Assembly: GCA_037439585.1 (NCBI GenBank)
Contig: JBBIVU010000001.1
Coordinates: 1 to 49,871 of the forward strand
DNA length: 49,871 nt
Origin: Roseateles sp.
Lineage (GTDB): Bacteria; Pseudomonadota; Gammaproteobacteria; Burkholderiales; Burkholderiaceae_C
Reading direction: 5' to 3'
The stretch's first letter is position 1; each line of letters opens with the position of its first letter. Position numbers and translations under genes: made by a program. Below the pieces are notes generated by a model, which did no database searches, was not told the DNA's origin, and was given only the letters and a program-made list of their open reading frames with translations. Positions 10,408-20,800 of this stretch are shown piece after piece.

Positions 10408-10776
10408 TCAGGGCAGCACGAGCTTGTTGACCGCATTGAGCAACTGCTCAGGCTGGAAGGGCTTGACCACCCAGGCCTTGGCGCCGCTGAGCTGCCCCTG
10501 CTGCTTCTTGGCGGCGTCCGACTCTGTGGTCAGCATGATCACCGGCGTGAACCGGTAGGATGGATGGGCCTTGATGCGCTGTAGGAGTGTGAGCCCGTCC
10601 ATGTGGGGCATGTTCACGTCGCTGATCGCCAGGTGCACCTTGCGCCCGTCCAGTTTGCGCAGCGCGTCGACGCCGTCACAGGCCTCGATCACCTCATAGC
10701 CGGCACCCCGCAGCGCGATGCCCACCACCATGCGCACGCTGCTCGAGTCGTCGACGACCATCACCGTTTTTGCCAT
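10408..10776 (-). CDS. cheY: Single-domain response regulator CheY
   Basis: VVDDS, SDVNMP.MDG, MLTTES and KPF; 122 aa; inside the che operon. Confidence 0.92.
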   Translation of the reverse strand: MAKTVMVVDDSSSVRMVVGIALRGAGYEVIEACDGVDALRKLDGRKVHLAISDVNMPHMDGLTLLQRIKAHPSYRFTPVIMLTTESDAAKKQQGQLSGAKAWVVKPFQPEQLLNAVNKLVLP

Positions 10777-10784
10777 GCCTCACC

Positions 10785-11933
10785 TCAGAAGAACGTGATT
10801 TCGGTGGGAGCTGCAGGTGCGCTCCCTCCCCCCTGGTGATGCGCGAACTGCTCGCGCATCGTGTAGCTTCGGGCCGACTGGGCCAGCCAGTTCCACACGT
10901 CGAGGGTGGCCAGGTCCTCGGGCGCCGGGCTGCCGAGGTCGCCATGCAGACGCCCGAGGTCGGCCGCGACGGCCTTCAGAATCTGTGACGTGCGATCCTG
11001 GAACTGCAGCGACACCAGCACGTCGTCGAGGGTCTCCTTGATGACCAGCGCCTCGTCCTTGAGCGTGGCCTCGCTGCCCTCCAACGCCTGCACCGCGCCG
11101 TGGAGATGCTGCAAGGCCCCCTGCATGGAGTCCTCGGTTTCGGCGGCATGGGTGCGGTCCTGCTCCGACCAGCGCTGCGCCTCGCGGATGACGCGGTCGA
11201 TGGTGCTGCGAGCGGTGGCGACCTTCTCGCCGATCTGCAGGCCGGTCTCGGCGGACTGTCCGGAGAGCCGGCGCACCTCCTGGGCCACGACCGCGAACCC
11301 CCGGCCGGATTCCCCGGCCCGTGCCGCCTCGATCGCGGCATTGATGGCCAGCAGGTTGGTCTGGTGGGCGATGGCGCCGACCGAACCCACCATCTCGCTC
11401 AACTCGCCTGCGATGTGGCCGAGCTGACCGATGCCCTCGAAGAGCGAGGTCTTCAGCTCGGTGGACTGGCGCAGCCGGGAGGTCATCGACAGCAGCTCCC
11501 GGTGCGCCTTGGCAAAGGCATCCGAGGTGGCCGACTCGCACTCCAAGCCGGTCAGGCCGATGGCCGAGTCGAGCCGCGCCCGCAGGGTGGCGAAGCTCTC
11601 GGTCAGGCCACGGATCTCGCGCTCCGACTGCTCCACCGTCGCGCTGATGTGGCGCTGCCAGATCGGCGCGACGGCCGTGCCCAGCGACACCACCGCGTCC
11701 AGGGAGCGGCTTGCAAGCCGGAGGTCCTGCACATGCACACGCTGCCTGGCCCAGCGGCGCCACGACCAGGCCGCAGCCATGGCCAGCACGCCCGCGGCCA
11801 GGCTGGCACCGGCCAGGTCGGCGCCGCACCAGGCGGCCACCACGCCGGCCAGGCCGGGCAGCAGCAGGGCCAGCCAGTCGGCGCTCGAACCCGGCAATGC
11901 GGGCAGGTCTCTTGGGGCGTCATCCACGGACAT
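10785..11933 (-). CDS. Short MCP-like chemoreceptor lacking a periplasmic sensor domain
   Basis: Two closely spaced hydrophobic segments; [37 protein letters not shown]; LQFQD; ends EITFF. Confidence 0.9.
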   Translation of the reverse strand: MSVDDAPRDLPALPGSSADWLALLLPGLAGVVAAWCGADLAGASLAAGVLAMAAAWSWRRWARQRVHVQDLRLASRSLDAVVSLGTAVAPIWQRHISATVEQSEREIRGLTESFATLRARLDSAIGLTGLECESATSDAFAKAHRELLSMTSRLRQSTELKTSLFEGIGQLGHIAGELSEMVGSVGAIAHQTNLLAINAAIEAARAGESGRGFAVVAQEVRRLSGQSAETGLQIGEKVATARSTIDRVIREAQRWSEQDRTHAAETEDSMQGALQHLHGAVQALEGSEATLKDEALVIKETLDDVLVSLQFQDRTSQILKAVAADLGRLHGDLGSPAPEDLATLDVWNWLAQSARSYTMREQFAHHQGGGSAPAAPTEITFF

Positions 11934-12012
11934 GGACCCATGCTAGGAACGGCGCCCGGGCCAGGCTATCGGCGAAGGATGCTTCGCACGATCATCCGCA
12001 GCTGAAATGCGT

Positions 12013-12026
12013 TAGGGGTTTCCTGA
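12013..12026. promoter_or_regulatory. Imperfect copy of the TCAGG-N4-CCTGA palindrome upstream of the che operon
   Basis: TAGGGGTTTCCTGA about 80 bp upstream of the first che gene; shares TTCCTGA with the copies at 17180 and 21637. Confidence 0.35.
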
Positions 12027-12046
12027 CGCTGCGCTCAGCCGATGCG

Positions 12047-15000
12047 CTAATGGCCTGTCGACCCGGCGATAGTCGAAATCTCGCCGAGGAGATCTTGCGC
12101 GTGGAACGGCTTGCGCAGGAAGGCGTTGATGCCCAGAGACTCGGCAGTGCCCGCATCGACCACTTCGCTGTACCCCGTGCAAAGGATCACGGGCAGCGGC
12201 GGCTTCAACATCCGTGCCGCGTGGGCCAGCTCGGTGCCGGTGACCCGGGGCATGGTCTGGTCCGTGATCAGCACAAGCGGGCGCTCGGGCGCCGCGCCGC
12301 CCTCGCCCAGGCGTGCCAACATGTCCACGGCCTCCGCCGAGTCGGGGAAAGCGGTCACAGCATAGCCGTTCTCCCGAAGCAGCTCGGTCAGGTAGACCAA
12401 AACGGCCGGGTCGTCGTCCACCACCCACACCATCTCGTTGTGGCCGCGCGCGGCCACGGCATGACCGTCAGGCAGTTGTTCGGCGGCGCCTTCGGCCACC
12501 GGGAGCCACACCTGCATCACCGTGCCGCGAGGCATCCGCGGCATGACCGTCAAGTGGCCACCGGCCTTGTGAACGAGGCCGATCACCGACGACAACCCCA
12601 GGCCCGTGCCCTTGCCCACCTCCTTGGTGGTGAAGAAAGGGTTGAAGATCTTTTGCAGCAGCTCTGGCGGGATGCCGGCGCCCGAGTCGGCGACCTCCAG
12701 CAGCACGAAGTCGCCCTCCAACTGGGCCTGGCATTGCGCGCAGTGGTCCTGTTCGACTGCGCGGCGGCTCAGGGTCAGGTCGATGCTGCCCGGGCCGGCG
12801 ATCGCATCGCGCGCATTGAGGACCAGGTTCATGATGATCTGGTGCATGTCGACGACAGGGATCCTGACCGGGGGCAGGTCCGGCGCCGACTGGCATTGGA
12901 TGGTGATGGAGCTGGGGATGGACGACTGCAGCATGGTGTACATCTCATGCAGGATGGCGGCCATATCCTGCGGCGCGGCGGCTTCGGGCTCGACGCTGCG
13001 CACGTAGGTGAGCATCTTGGTCACGAGGTCCCGACCGCGCTCGCTGGTGCGCACGATCTCGCGAAGGTACTGGCTGATCTTGGGCGGCAGTTCGGGCCCA
13101 TGGCGCTCCAGCCCCAGGTCCGCCAGGCCCATGATGCCGGCGAGCATGTTGTTGAAGTCGTGAGCGATGCCTCCGGCGAGGTGGCCCAGCGCCTCCAGCT
13201 TCTGGGACTGCATCTGCTGGCGCTGCATGTCCTGCCGCTGAGCCTCCACCCTGCGCGCCGCGGTCATGTCTTCGACGATGGACCACAAATGGGCCTGCCC
13301 CTCGATGTCGATCCGCACGCCGTTGAGCTTGACGGGCACGCGCGTGCCGTCCTTCCGTTGGTACTCCTTCTCGTAGGGGCCGTAGCGGCCTGACTCGGCG
13401 ATCATCGACAGCTGCAGGTCCTCGGCCCGCATGTACTCGGAGGGCGTGAGGTCCCAGTAGGTCAGCTCCCGGAGCTCCTGTGCCTTGTAGCCGGTGATCT
13501 GCCGGAAGGCCTCGTTGAATTCCACCAATTTGCCGTCCATGCGGCACAACGCGATGCCCAGTGCGGAGAGTTCGAAGAGGTTGCGCAGCTTGTCCTCGCT
13601 CGCACGCAGGGCCGCCTCCGCATGCCGGCGCTCGGTCAGGTCCTGGTTTGTCCCGATGACCCGCACAGCACGCCCAGCTTCGTCTCGCAGCACTCTGCCT
13701 CGCGACAGCACATAGACCCAGTGGCCGTCCTTGTGCCGAAGGCGAATCTCTAGCTCGATCCGGTCATCGGAGCGGCCTGCGAGGATATCGTCCAGCGCCG
13801 CCCGGGAAGCGAAGGCGTCGCCCGGATGCAGCAGCCGGTTGAAGGTGGCGTGTTCGTTGGCTAGCTCCGCGTCGGCATAGCCCAACATCTCCTTCCAGCG
13901 CGGTGAGAGGTAAAGGGTACCTGCCAGCAGGTCGTCGTCCCATAAGCCGTCCATGGTCGCACCCAGAGCCAGCCGGAAGCGCTCCTCCGTGGCCTTGAGC
14001 GCACGAGCGGCTGCGTGCCGCTCGGTCAGGTCGCGCACGAAGACATAGAACTGGCCACCTTGCTCGGGCCCGAATGTGGCGGCGATCTCGACCGGCCAGA
14101 TGTCGCCCGACTTGCTGCGGTGGAGCGATTCGAAGGTGTCATGGCCCTTGGTGATCACCGCCTCGATGTGCCGGCTGACCTCAGCCGGGTTCTCGGTAGC
14201 TTCCAGGTCGGCCACGAACATGCGCAGCAGCTCTGCGCGGCTGTAGCCCGAACGGCGACAGTAGGCATCGTTCACGCTCAGGATGCGGCCCTCCCGGTCA
14301 CAGATCCAGATGCCGTCGATGGCAGTGACCATCAGCGCACGGTACTGGGCTTCGCGCGCCTGAAGCGAGGCCTGTGCCTGCGCGCGCGCGCTGACATCCC
14401 GCATGAAACCGATGAACACCTGCCCTTCCGGCAGCAGGGCGGGGTTGACGGTCAGGTGGATGTCGACCGGGTTGCCCAGCTTGGTGCGGCCCCGCACGTC
14501 ACGCCCCTTGCCGATGATGCGGCCCGGCCCACCCGCCAGGTAGCGCGCCAGGTGGCCGCCATGGGCGGAGGCGCTGTCGTCGGGCATGAGGCGGGTCACG
14601 TTGTGCCCGAGCAATTCCTGCTCGTCGTAGCCGAACAGCCGCGTCACCGCCGGATTGGCACGCAGGATGCGGCCCGTGGTGTCCACCACGACGATGGCGT
14701 CAGGGGCCCACTCGAATAGGGCTCGAAAGGCCTGCTCGCTGGCGCTCAAGCGTGCAATGACCTGCTCACGATCGGTCACGTCGTCGTCGATGACGACGAA
14801 GGCGTCCACCTGGCCCTGGGCGTTGCGCACGGGCGTGACGTTGCGCTCCTGGATGAACACCTGGCCGTCGTCGCGCAAGGTCTGCACCCGGCCGCGCCAG
14901 GGGAGCTCCTGGGCGAGCGCCTGCTGCAATACGCCGGCCGCGCCGGCATCCATCGAGGCGCTCAGGTCGAGCAGATGGCGCTGGCGCAACGCGTCGATGG

Positions 15001-15925
15001 ACAGACCCGAGCGCTGCAGAAAGGCCGGGTTGGCCCAGCGGATGCGACCCATGCGGGTGCAGATCAGGGCTGCGCTGGAGGTCGTCTCCAGGGCCGCTGC
15101 CAATGCGGCCGACGCCCGCAGGGGCTCCCTCACCGTCATCAGGTAGCTACCACGCATCAGGTACCACGCAGCGCCCAACTTGGCGGCATGCGTCAGCACC
15201 TCGAACATCAGATCGTTGCGGCCACCAAACAGGTCGGCCAGCGCGCTGAGAGCGCTGAGCACGCAGGCCACACCCAGTGAGCCTGCCGCGACGCCGTAGG
15301 CTGCACGGCAGTCACGGTGAAGCCGCAGCCCCAGCGACAGGAAGAGGCCCATCACGGCGCAGTCGAGCAGCCACGCTGCCGGGGTTGCTTCGGTGGGCCA
15401 TGCCTCTGCGGCCGAGCGACTTCCAGGGTGCAAGTCGACCATGTGTGTGCCCACCAGGATCGCCGCGGCCACGGCGACAGCCAGCATCACCAGCCGCTTG
15501 CCATCGCGCAAGGGTCGTCGCGCTGGCAGGTAGGCCGCTGCCACCAGGCCCAGCGCCTGCAGCCAGCGCGCTACGGAAGCAAAGGCTGAGGTCAGCCCCG
15601 CATGCCCGTGGGCGTCCAGGCTGGACTGGATGTGCATGAATTCCAGCAGCGCTGCGGCGAATAGAGCGGCGGCCAGGCCCTTAGGCCCGGCCGAACGGAC
15701 GTTCTGCCTGCCAAACCACAACAGCCCGAACGCCAGGAATAGCTCTACCAGGGTCAGGGTCTCCAGCGCGAGGAGTACGGAGCGGGCGTCGATGGTGGGC
15801 AGGGCGCTTGCCGTACCGCCAAGGGCCAGCTGCAGCAGGATGAGCAGGGCCAGGCCGCCCATCAGCGGCGCGCCCCCACGCCATTCGCGGCGGATGTCCT
15901 GGTCCAGGTTGGCTTGGTTGGGCAT
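12047..15925 (-). CDS. Membrane hybrid histidine kinase (MASE3-like TM region, about 5 PAS, HisKA, HATPase, REC)
   Basis: Multi-TM N-terminus; repeated PAS/PAC motifs; QKLEALGHLAGGIAHDFNN; NLVLNARDA; D.G.GI; PFFTTK..GKGTGLGL; C-terminal REC (VVDDD, TDQTMP, KPF). Confidence 0.94.
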   Translation of the reverse strand: MPNQANLDQDIRREWRGGAPLMGGLALLILLQLALGGTASALPTIDARSVLLALETLTLVELFLAFGLLWFGRQNVRSAGPKGLAAALFAAALLEFMHIQSSLDAHGHAGLTSAFASVARWLQALGLVAAAYLPARRPLRDGKRLVMLAVAVAAAILVGTHMVDLHPGSRSAAEAWPTEATPAAWLLDCAVMGLFLSLGLRLHRDCRAAYGVAAGSLGVACVLSALSALADLFGGRNDLMFEVLTHAAKLGAAWYLMRGSYLMTVREPLRASAALAAALETTSSAALICTRMGRIRWANPAFLQRSGLSIDALRQRHLLDLSASMDAGAAGVLQQALAQELPWRGRVQTLRDDGQVFIQERNVTPVRNAQGQVDAFVVIDDDVTDREQVIARLSASEQAFRALFEWAPDAIVVVDTTGRILRANPAVTRLFGYDEQELLGHNVTRLMPDDSASAHGGHLARYLAGGPGRIIGKGRDVRGRTKLGNPVDIHLTVNPALLPEGQVFIGFMRDVSARAQAQASLQAREAQYRALMVTAIDGIWICDREGRILSVNDAYCRRSGYSRAELLRMFVADLEATENPAEVSRHIEAVITKGHDTFESLHRSKSGDIWPVEIAATFGPEQGGQFYVFVRDLTERHAAARALKATEERFRLALGATMDGLWDDDLLAGTLYLSPRWKEMLGYADAELANEHATFNRLLHPGDAFASRAALDDILAGRSDDRIELEIRLRHKDGHWVYVLSRGRVLRDEAGRAVRVIGTNQDLTERRHAEAALRASEDKLRNLFELSALGIALCRMDGKLVEFNEAFRQITGYKAQELRELTYWDLTPSEYMRAEDLQLSMIAESGRYGPYEKEYQRKDGTRVPVKLNGVRIDIEGQAHLWSIVEDMTAARRVEAQRQDMQRQQMQSQKLEALGHLAGGIAHDFNNMLAGIMGLADLGLERHGPELPPKISQYLREIVRTSERGRDLVTKMLTYVRSVEPEAAAPQDMAAILHEMYTMLQSSIPSSITIQCQSAPDLPPVRIPVVDMHQIIMNLVLNARDAIAGPGSIDLTLSRRAVEQDHCAQCQAQLEGDFVLLEVADSGAGIPPELLQKIFNPFFTTKEVGKGTGLGLSSVIGLVHKAGGHLTVMPRMPRGTVMQVWLPVAEGAAEQLPDGHAVAARGHNEMVWVVDDDPAVLVYLTELLRENGYAVTAFPDSAEAVDMLARLGEGGAAPERPLVLITDQTMPRVTGTELAHAARMLKPPLPVILCTGYSEVVDAGTAESLGINAFLRKPFHAQDLLGEISTIAGSTGH

Positions 15926-15935
15926 GGGTGGCGCG

Positions 15936-17015
15936 CTAGTGAGGGGTAGCGATGGCGTTGAAGAGGTCGACGCCGAGATCGTGCAGGCCTCCCTCCGACC
16001 CGAGCGGTGGGGCGCTCAGCAGCTGGGGCCGGCGGCGCACCAGGTCCAGGAAGCAGGCCGTGATGTCGGGGTCCCGCCAGCCTTGGCGCACTTCCTGCTC
16101 CAGCATCTCGCAGGCCGCGTCGAAGCTGAACGCGGGCTTGTAGGGGCGCTCGTAGGTGAGGGCGTCGAAAATGTCCACAACCTGGAACACGCGGGCCAGC
16201 AGCGGGATGTCCTGCCCCGCCAGGCCGTGCGGGTAGCCGCTGCCGTCCCAGCGTTCGTGGTGGTGCAGGATGACGGGCGCCGTGAGGCGCAGGCTGCGCA
16301 ACTGGGCCACCAGCTGATAGCCGATGGTGGTGTGCTGCCGCATGGTCTTCCATTCGGCATCAGTCAACGGACCGGGCTTGAGGAGGATGGCGTCGGGGAT
16401 GCCGAGCTTGCCGATGTCGTGCAACACGCCACCTCGGCGCAACGCGAGCAGTTCGGCCGGGGGCAACCCGAGCGCGCGGCCGAGTTGCACCGATGCGTGG
16501 GCCAGCCGCGAGCAGTGGTCGCCGGTGTTCTCGTCCTTGGCCTCCACCATGCGAGCCAGCGCGAAGAGGGTGGATTCGGTGCTGTCGAGCTGGTCGGTGC
16601 TGCGTTTTCGCTGCGCTGCCACCCGCACGCGGGCGCGCAGCTCCACCGGGTGGAAGGGTTTGCGCACGACATCGTCCGCACCGCAGGCAAGACTGTCGCT
16701 GAGCGCCTCGATGCCCGTCGCGCCGGTGAGCATCAGGATGGGCTGCATCGTGAGCCCGAGCTGGCCGCGCACCCGGCGACAGAACTCGTCGCCGTGCATG
16801 CCCGGCATGACGCGGTCAGTCAGGATCACGTCGAACTCCCGCTGCAGCAGCCACTGCAACGCCTGCTCGGCACAGGTCGCGCATTCGAGCCTGTAGCCAG
16901 GCCCCTCCAGTGTCTCCGACACGATAAGGTGCAGCAGTGGGTCGTCGTCGACCAGCAGCACGTTGACGGGTGTTTCCTCGCCCTCGATGGCGAGCATGGC
17001 ATGCAGTCCTGGCAT
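15936..17015 (-). CDS. REC plus HD-GYP cyclic-di-GMP phosphodiesterase (RpfG-like)
   Basis: REC (LVDDD, TDRVMP, KPF), then EAKDENTGDH, LHDIGK, HHHERWDGSGYP and DIFDALT..RPYK. Start could be 16997. Confidence 0.94.
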   Translation of the reverse strand: MPGLHAMLAIEGEETPVNVLLVDDDPLLHLIVSETLEGPGYRLECATCAEQALQWLLQREFDVILTDRVMPGMHGDEFCRRVRGQLGLTMQPILMLTGATGIEALSDSLACGADDVVRKPFHPVELRARVRVAAQRKRSTDQLDSTESTLFALARMVEAKDENTGDHCSRLAHASVQLGRALGLPPAELLALRRGGVLHDIGKLGIPDAILLKPGPLTDAEWKTMRQHTTIGYQLVAQLRSLRLTAPVILHHHERWDGSGYPHGLAGQDIPLLARVFQVVDIFDALTYERPYKPAFSFDAACEMLEQEVRQGWRDPDITACFLDLVRRRPQLLSAPPLGSEGGLHDLGVDLFNAIATPH

Positions 17016-17179
17016 TGGGCTCTCTCTGCGGTCGCGCGGCCCGCCGCTGGCCCGGATCGGTCATGTCCGGGATGGCCGTGCATATCGCCGGCCGGCAGGT
17101 CGCCTGATCGTGCCTTGGTAGCGCCCCTGCGTCTGTCGGGCTCCTCTGGGATGTGAAGTCAGCAATCGCGCAGTAGCTG

Positions 17180-17193
17180 TCAGGCTTTCCTGA
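17180..17193. promoter_or_regulatory. Palindrome TCAGG-CTTT-CCTGA, putative regulator site
   Basis: Perfect 5-bp arms in the intergenic region upstream of the HD-GYP gene; same arms at 21637-21650. Confidence 0.45.
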
Positions 17194-17832
17194 TCAGTCA
17201 TGTGCGACCCCGTGGCGCAGGGCGTACTTGAGCAGGTCGGCGTTGGTCTGCAGCCCGAGCTTCTGCATCAGCCGCATCTTGTGCGTGCTGACTGTCTTGG
17301 GACTGAGGTGCAGTTCGTCAGCGATGTCGCCCAACGGATGCCCCCTCGCGATGCGCTCAAGCACCTGCAGTTCGCGCGGGGAGAGCAGCTCGTGCGGCGA
17401 ATCGCTCCGCGAACTGTTGTCGAAGACGACGCTCTCCACCAGGCTCGGGTCGATGTAGCGCCCGCCGGACGCGAGCTTGCGGATGGCCACCAGCAGGGTG
17501 CCGGGCGAGGCGTCCTTGGTGATGTAGCCGCTGGCTCCGGCCTTGAGCACGCGCGCCACGATCTGCCCCTCCACGTGCATGGACAGCACGAGGATGGGCG
17601 GCACGTCGTCCTCGTCCTGCAGCCGGCGCATCAGGTCCAGCCCGCCAAGTCCGGGCATGGACAGGTCCAGCAGGATGACATGCGGCCGGTGGCTGCCCAG
17701 CAGCTCAAGCACCCCCCAGCCGTCGGAGGCTTCGCCGATCACGCGCATGTCGGAAGCGGTGGAGATGAGTTGCCGGAGCCCGCCCCGCACGATGGCGTGG
17801 TCGTCCGCGATGATGACGTCAATCGTGTCCAT
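17194..17832 (-). CDS. NarL/LuxR-family response regulator
   Basis: MDTIDVIIADDHAIVR, LLDLSMPG, GASGYITK and LSPRELQVL...LSPKTVSTHK HTH. Own ATG at 17832 overlaps the kinase 3' end. Confidence 0.93.
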   Translation of the reverse strand: MDTIDVIIADDHAIVRGGLRQLISTASDMRVIGEASDGWGVLELLGSHRPHVILLDLSMPGLGGLDLMRRLQDEDDVPPILVLSMHVEGQIVARVLKAGASGYITKDASPGTLLVAIRKLASGGRYIDPSLVESVVFDNSSRSDSPHELLSPRELQVLERIARGHPLGDIADELHLSPKTVSTHKMRLMQKLGLQTNADLLKYALRHGVAHD

Positions 17833-20800
17833 GTTTGTCTTTGCCGACCGTATCTGGCAGGGGGAAGCGGATCTCGACGCGTGCGCCGTGGTCGCAGGTG
17901 AACGACAACGTGGCCCCGATGGCTCGCATCCGCTCGCGCATGCCCACCAGGCCCAGGCCCCCCTGGCGCCCCGGCCCAGCGCCTTGCGGGTCGAAACCGC
18001 GCCCGTTGTCGGCCACGAGCAGCACGAGTGACGCACCTTCGCGCCTGAGCTCCACCACCACGTGCGTGGCCTGCGCATGTTTGGCAATGTTGGTGAGCGA
18101 CTCCTGCACCGCGCGGAAGAGGGCCAGGCTGGCCGACTCGTCGAGGATGGGCTCGAAGTCCGGCGGCACCTGCAGTTCCACCGCCAGCTCCCAGCGCAGT
18201 GAAAAGTCCTCCACCAGCCGGGCACCAGGCCCAGGTCCAGGGCCGCGGGCCGCAGGTTCGCGGCGATGTGCCGGACGACCTCCGTCATGCGGCCGGTGGT
18301 CGCCGTCATACTCGCCAGCCGGGGTTGCAGCGGTGTCATCGGATTGGACGCTCCGGCTTCGAGGAGGGAGAGGTCCATGCGCAGGGCCGTGACCAGCTGG
18401 CCCAGTTCATCATGGACTTCGCGGGCGATGCGCTTGCGCTCGTCCTCGATGATGTCGACCTGGTGGGCCATGAGGTGGCGCAGCTCCTCCTTGGAGTCGC
18501 GCAGCTGGTTCTCGATCTGCTTGCGCTCCGTGATGTCCTGGATGGAGCCCGCCACGACGAGCTGGCCGGCCGGCCGCTGGGCAATGCCATGGAGCATGAC
18601 CGAAGCGATGGCGCCGTCACCGCGGCGCACCTGCGCCTCGAGGTTGAAATGGCCCAGGTGGCTGCAGGCCAGATCCACGGCCGCCTGCAGACGGTCCCAG
18701 TCTTGCGCCTCGAAAAGGCGGCGAAGCCAGGTGCAGTCCGTCGCGCCGAACTTGTCGGCTGCGGCGCCGAGGATGGCCGTCGCCTGCTCGGAGCAAGCGA
18801 CGGCGCCGGTCGCGACGTCCAGCTGCCAGTCGCCGACCCGCGCGAGCTTCTGTGCCAGCGCGAGGCGAGCCTCGGTGGCGGCCACCCGTTCGGCGACGGC
18901 ATGCTGCTCGTCCACATCGGTCGCCTGCACCAGCATCCCGGCGTCGGGCTCCGTGCCCAGGCGGGACAGCACGAAACGCACCCATCCGGGCCGGCCATGA
19001 AGGTGCGACAGGCGATGCTCGCCAACATAGGTGGTGCGCTCGCCACAGCCGATGGCCTGGGCCATCGCGGCCAGGCGCGCGTCGCCGGTCAGGCCGGCGA
19101 GCGTCGCGGCGGGATCGCCGGCGGCGCCGTCCGCAGCTTCAGAGGCGGTGCCGAACAGCATTTGCCAGGCCGGATTGGCGTGCTGCAGGCGGCCCGTGGC
19201 ATCGGTGAACGCGAGGCCGGTGGACAGGGCCTGGAAGCATCGTTGCGCTGCCAGGCTGGCCAGCGGATCGTGGCTGTCGACGGTGGGATGGGGCGCAGGC
19301 GCGGGCAGTTCGTAGGCCAGTGCACCCACAGGTGCCTCGCCCTCTGAGATGCGGATGGGGCTGGCCTTGGCGAGTGCCCGCCCATCGGAGACGGGCTGCT
19401 CCAGGGCCTGGTCCACCACGAGCGACCGGCGCAGCAGGGAGAGCGCTTCTCCCTCGCTGGCTGGCTGGCGGCGTGCGGCTTCATTGCGCCAGCACAGCGT
19501 GCCGTCGGCGGTGGCGAGGTGCAGCGGGATGGGGAAGCTCTCCAGTGCCGTGCGGAGCAGCTGATCCCGGCGAACCTGCTCCTCGGCCGCTTGCGCCGCC
19601 ACGCGATCCTGCAGTTCGATGAGCCAGTGGGTGCAGGCGGCTCCAGGCCCTGGCAGCGGGTTCAGGCGGGCTCGCAGGTCGAGGCTTTTGCCCGACCCAC
19701 TCTGCCACACACCGGCAGCCTCCCAGGGTTCGGGCGACTGCATCAGGCTGGCGCCCAGGTCCATTTCCGTGATGCCGGCCAGGCCGAGGCCCTGCAGCTC
19801 CGAAACCGGCCGCTGCAACAGGCGAGCGGCCGCTTCGTTGACCGCCTCGATCTGCAGGCGCGGGTGCCGCTGCACCACGAGCATGGGCACGCTGGCCTGG
19901 CCGAAGGCGGCAGCCGGAGCGGTGGCCGCTTCGCCCGGCGCCGCAGCAACCTCGCCTGGGGCATGGGCAGGCAGAGGGAGCGGGCCGGTCGAGACCCGCT
20001 GGGCCTGCACCGACAGGAGGGCGCGGCGCCATCGCCACCCGGCCGACGCGGCCCCCCCCAAGGCCGAGCACCAGCATGACGCCCAGCGTGCCCAGCATCG
20101 GGCGTCCAGCGACGCGGAAGAAATGACTCGCGTCCACCAGATAGGCGAGCGACGGGCCGCCCTCGGCCAGTGGCGCCGCGGCCATGAGGCCCGAGCGACC
20201 GCTGGCGAGCCGGGCCATCTGCGATTCGCGGTAGGAGGCCAGCGCCTCCGGCACCACCAGCAGGGGCCCGGTGGATGGCTCCCGGCTGGCGCCGACCGGC
20301 GCGCACTGCTGCGGAGCTGACCCTGCCGCGCTGCACAGCATCCGCAGGGCCGGCAGGGTGTCGGCATCTTCACCCCCAGTCACCAATGTGGATGGCGGAA
20401 TGCGCGTGCGGTAACGCAGGTAGCGCGGGGCAGGCCCCTGACGGGCGACGAATTCCAGATCGCCGTCTGCGTGCAAGTAGGCGTCGATGTCCCCCCGCCG
20501 GGCCAGAAACCAGCCCCTTGGGGCACCTGGAGGCAGATCGTCCGGCATGTAGAGCTCCACCGCCTGGCTGCCGAGGGTCGCCTCCAGCGCCGACCGGCAG
20601 TTCCCGCTGCAGTGGTTGCGTGCTTCGACGACCACGGTGAACTGGCGATCCAGGTACTGCCGCAACGAGCGCGCATCACGGCGTGCGCGGAACTCCAGGC
20701 TGTCCCGAAACGTGTCCACCAGGTCCACCGCCCAGCACGCGGAGATCGTCATCGCCCCGGCAGTGGACGCCACGATGGCCAGCGTGAGGCGGCGGGCGAG

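Noticed and set aside
17194-20373. 1059-aa PAS-kinase-regulator fusion ORF
   Set aside because: It is a product of two frameshifts. The HATPase is in another frame and the regulator has its own ATG at 17832.
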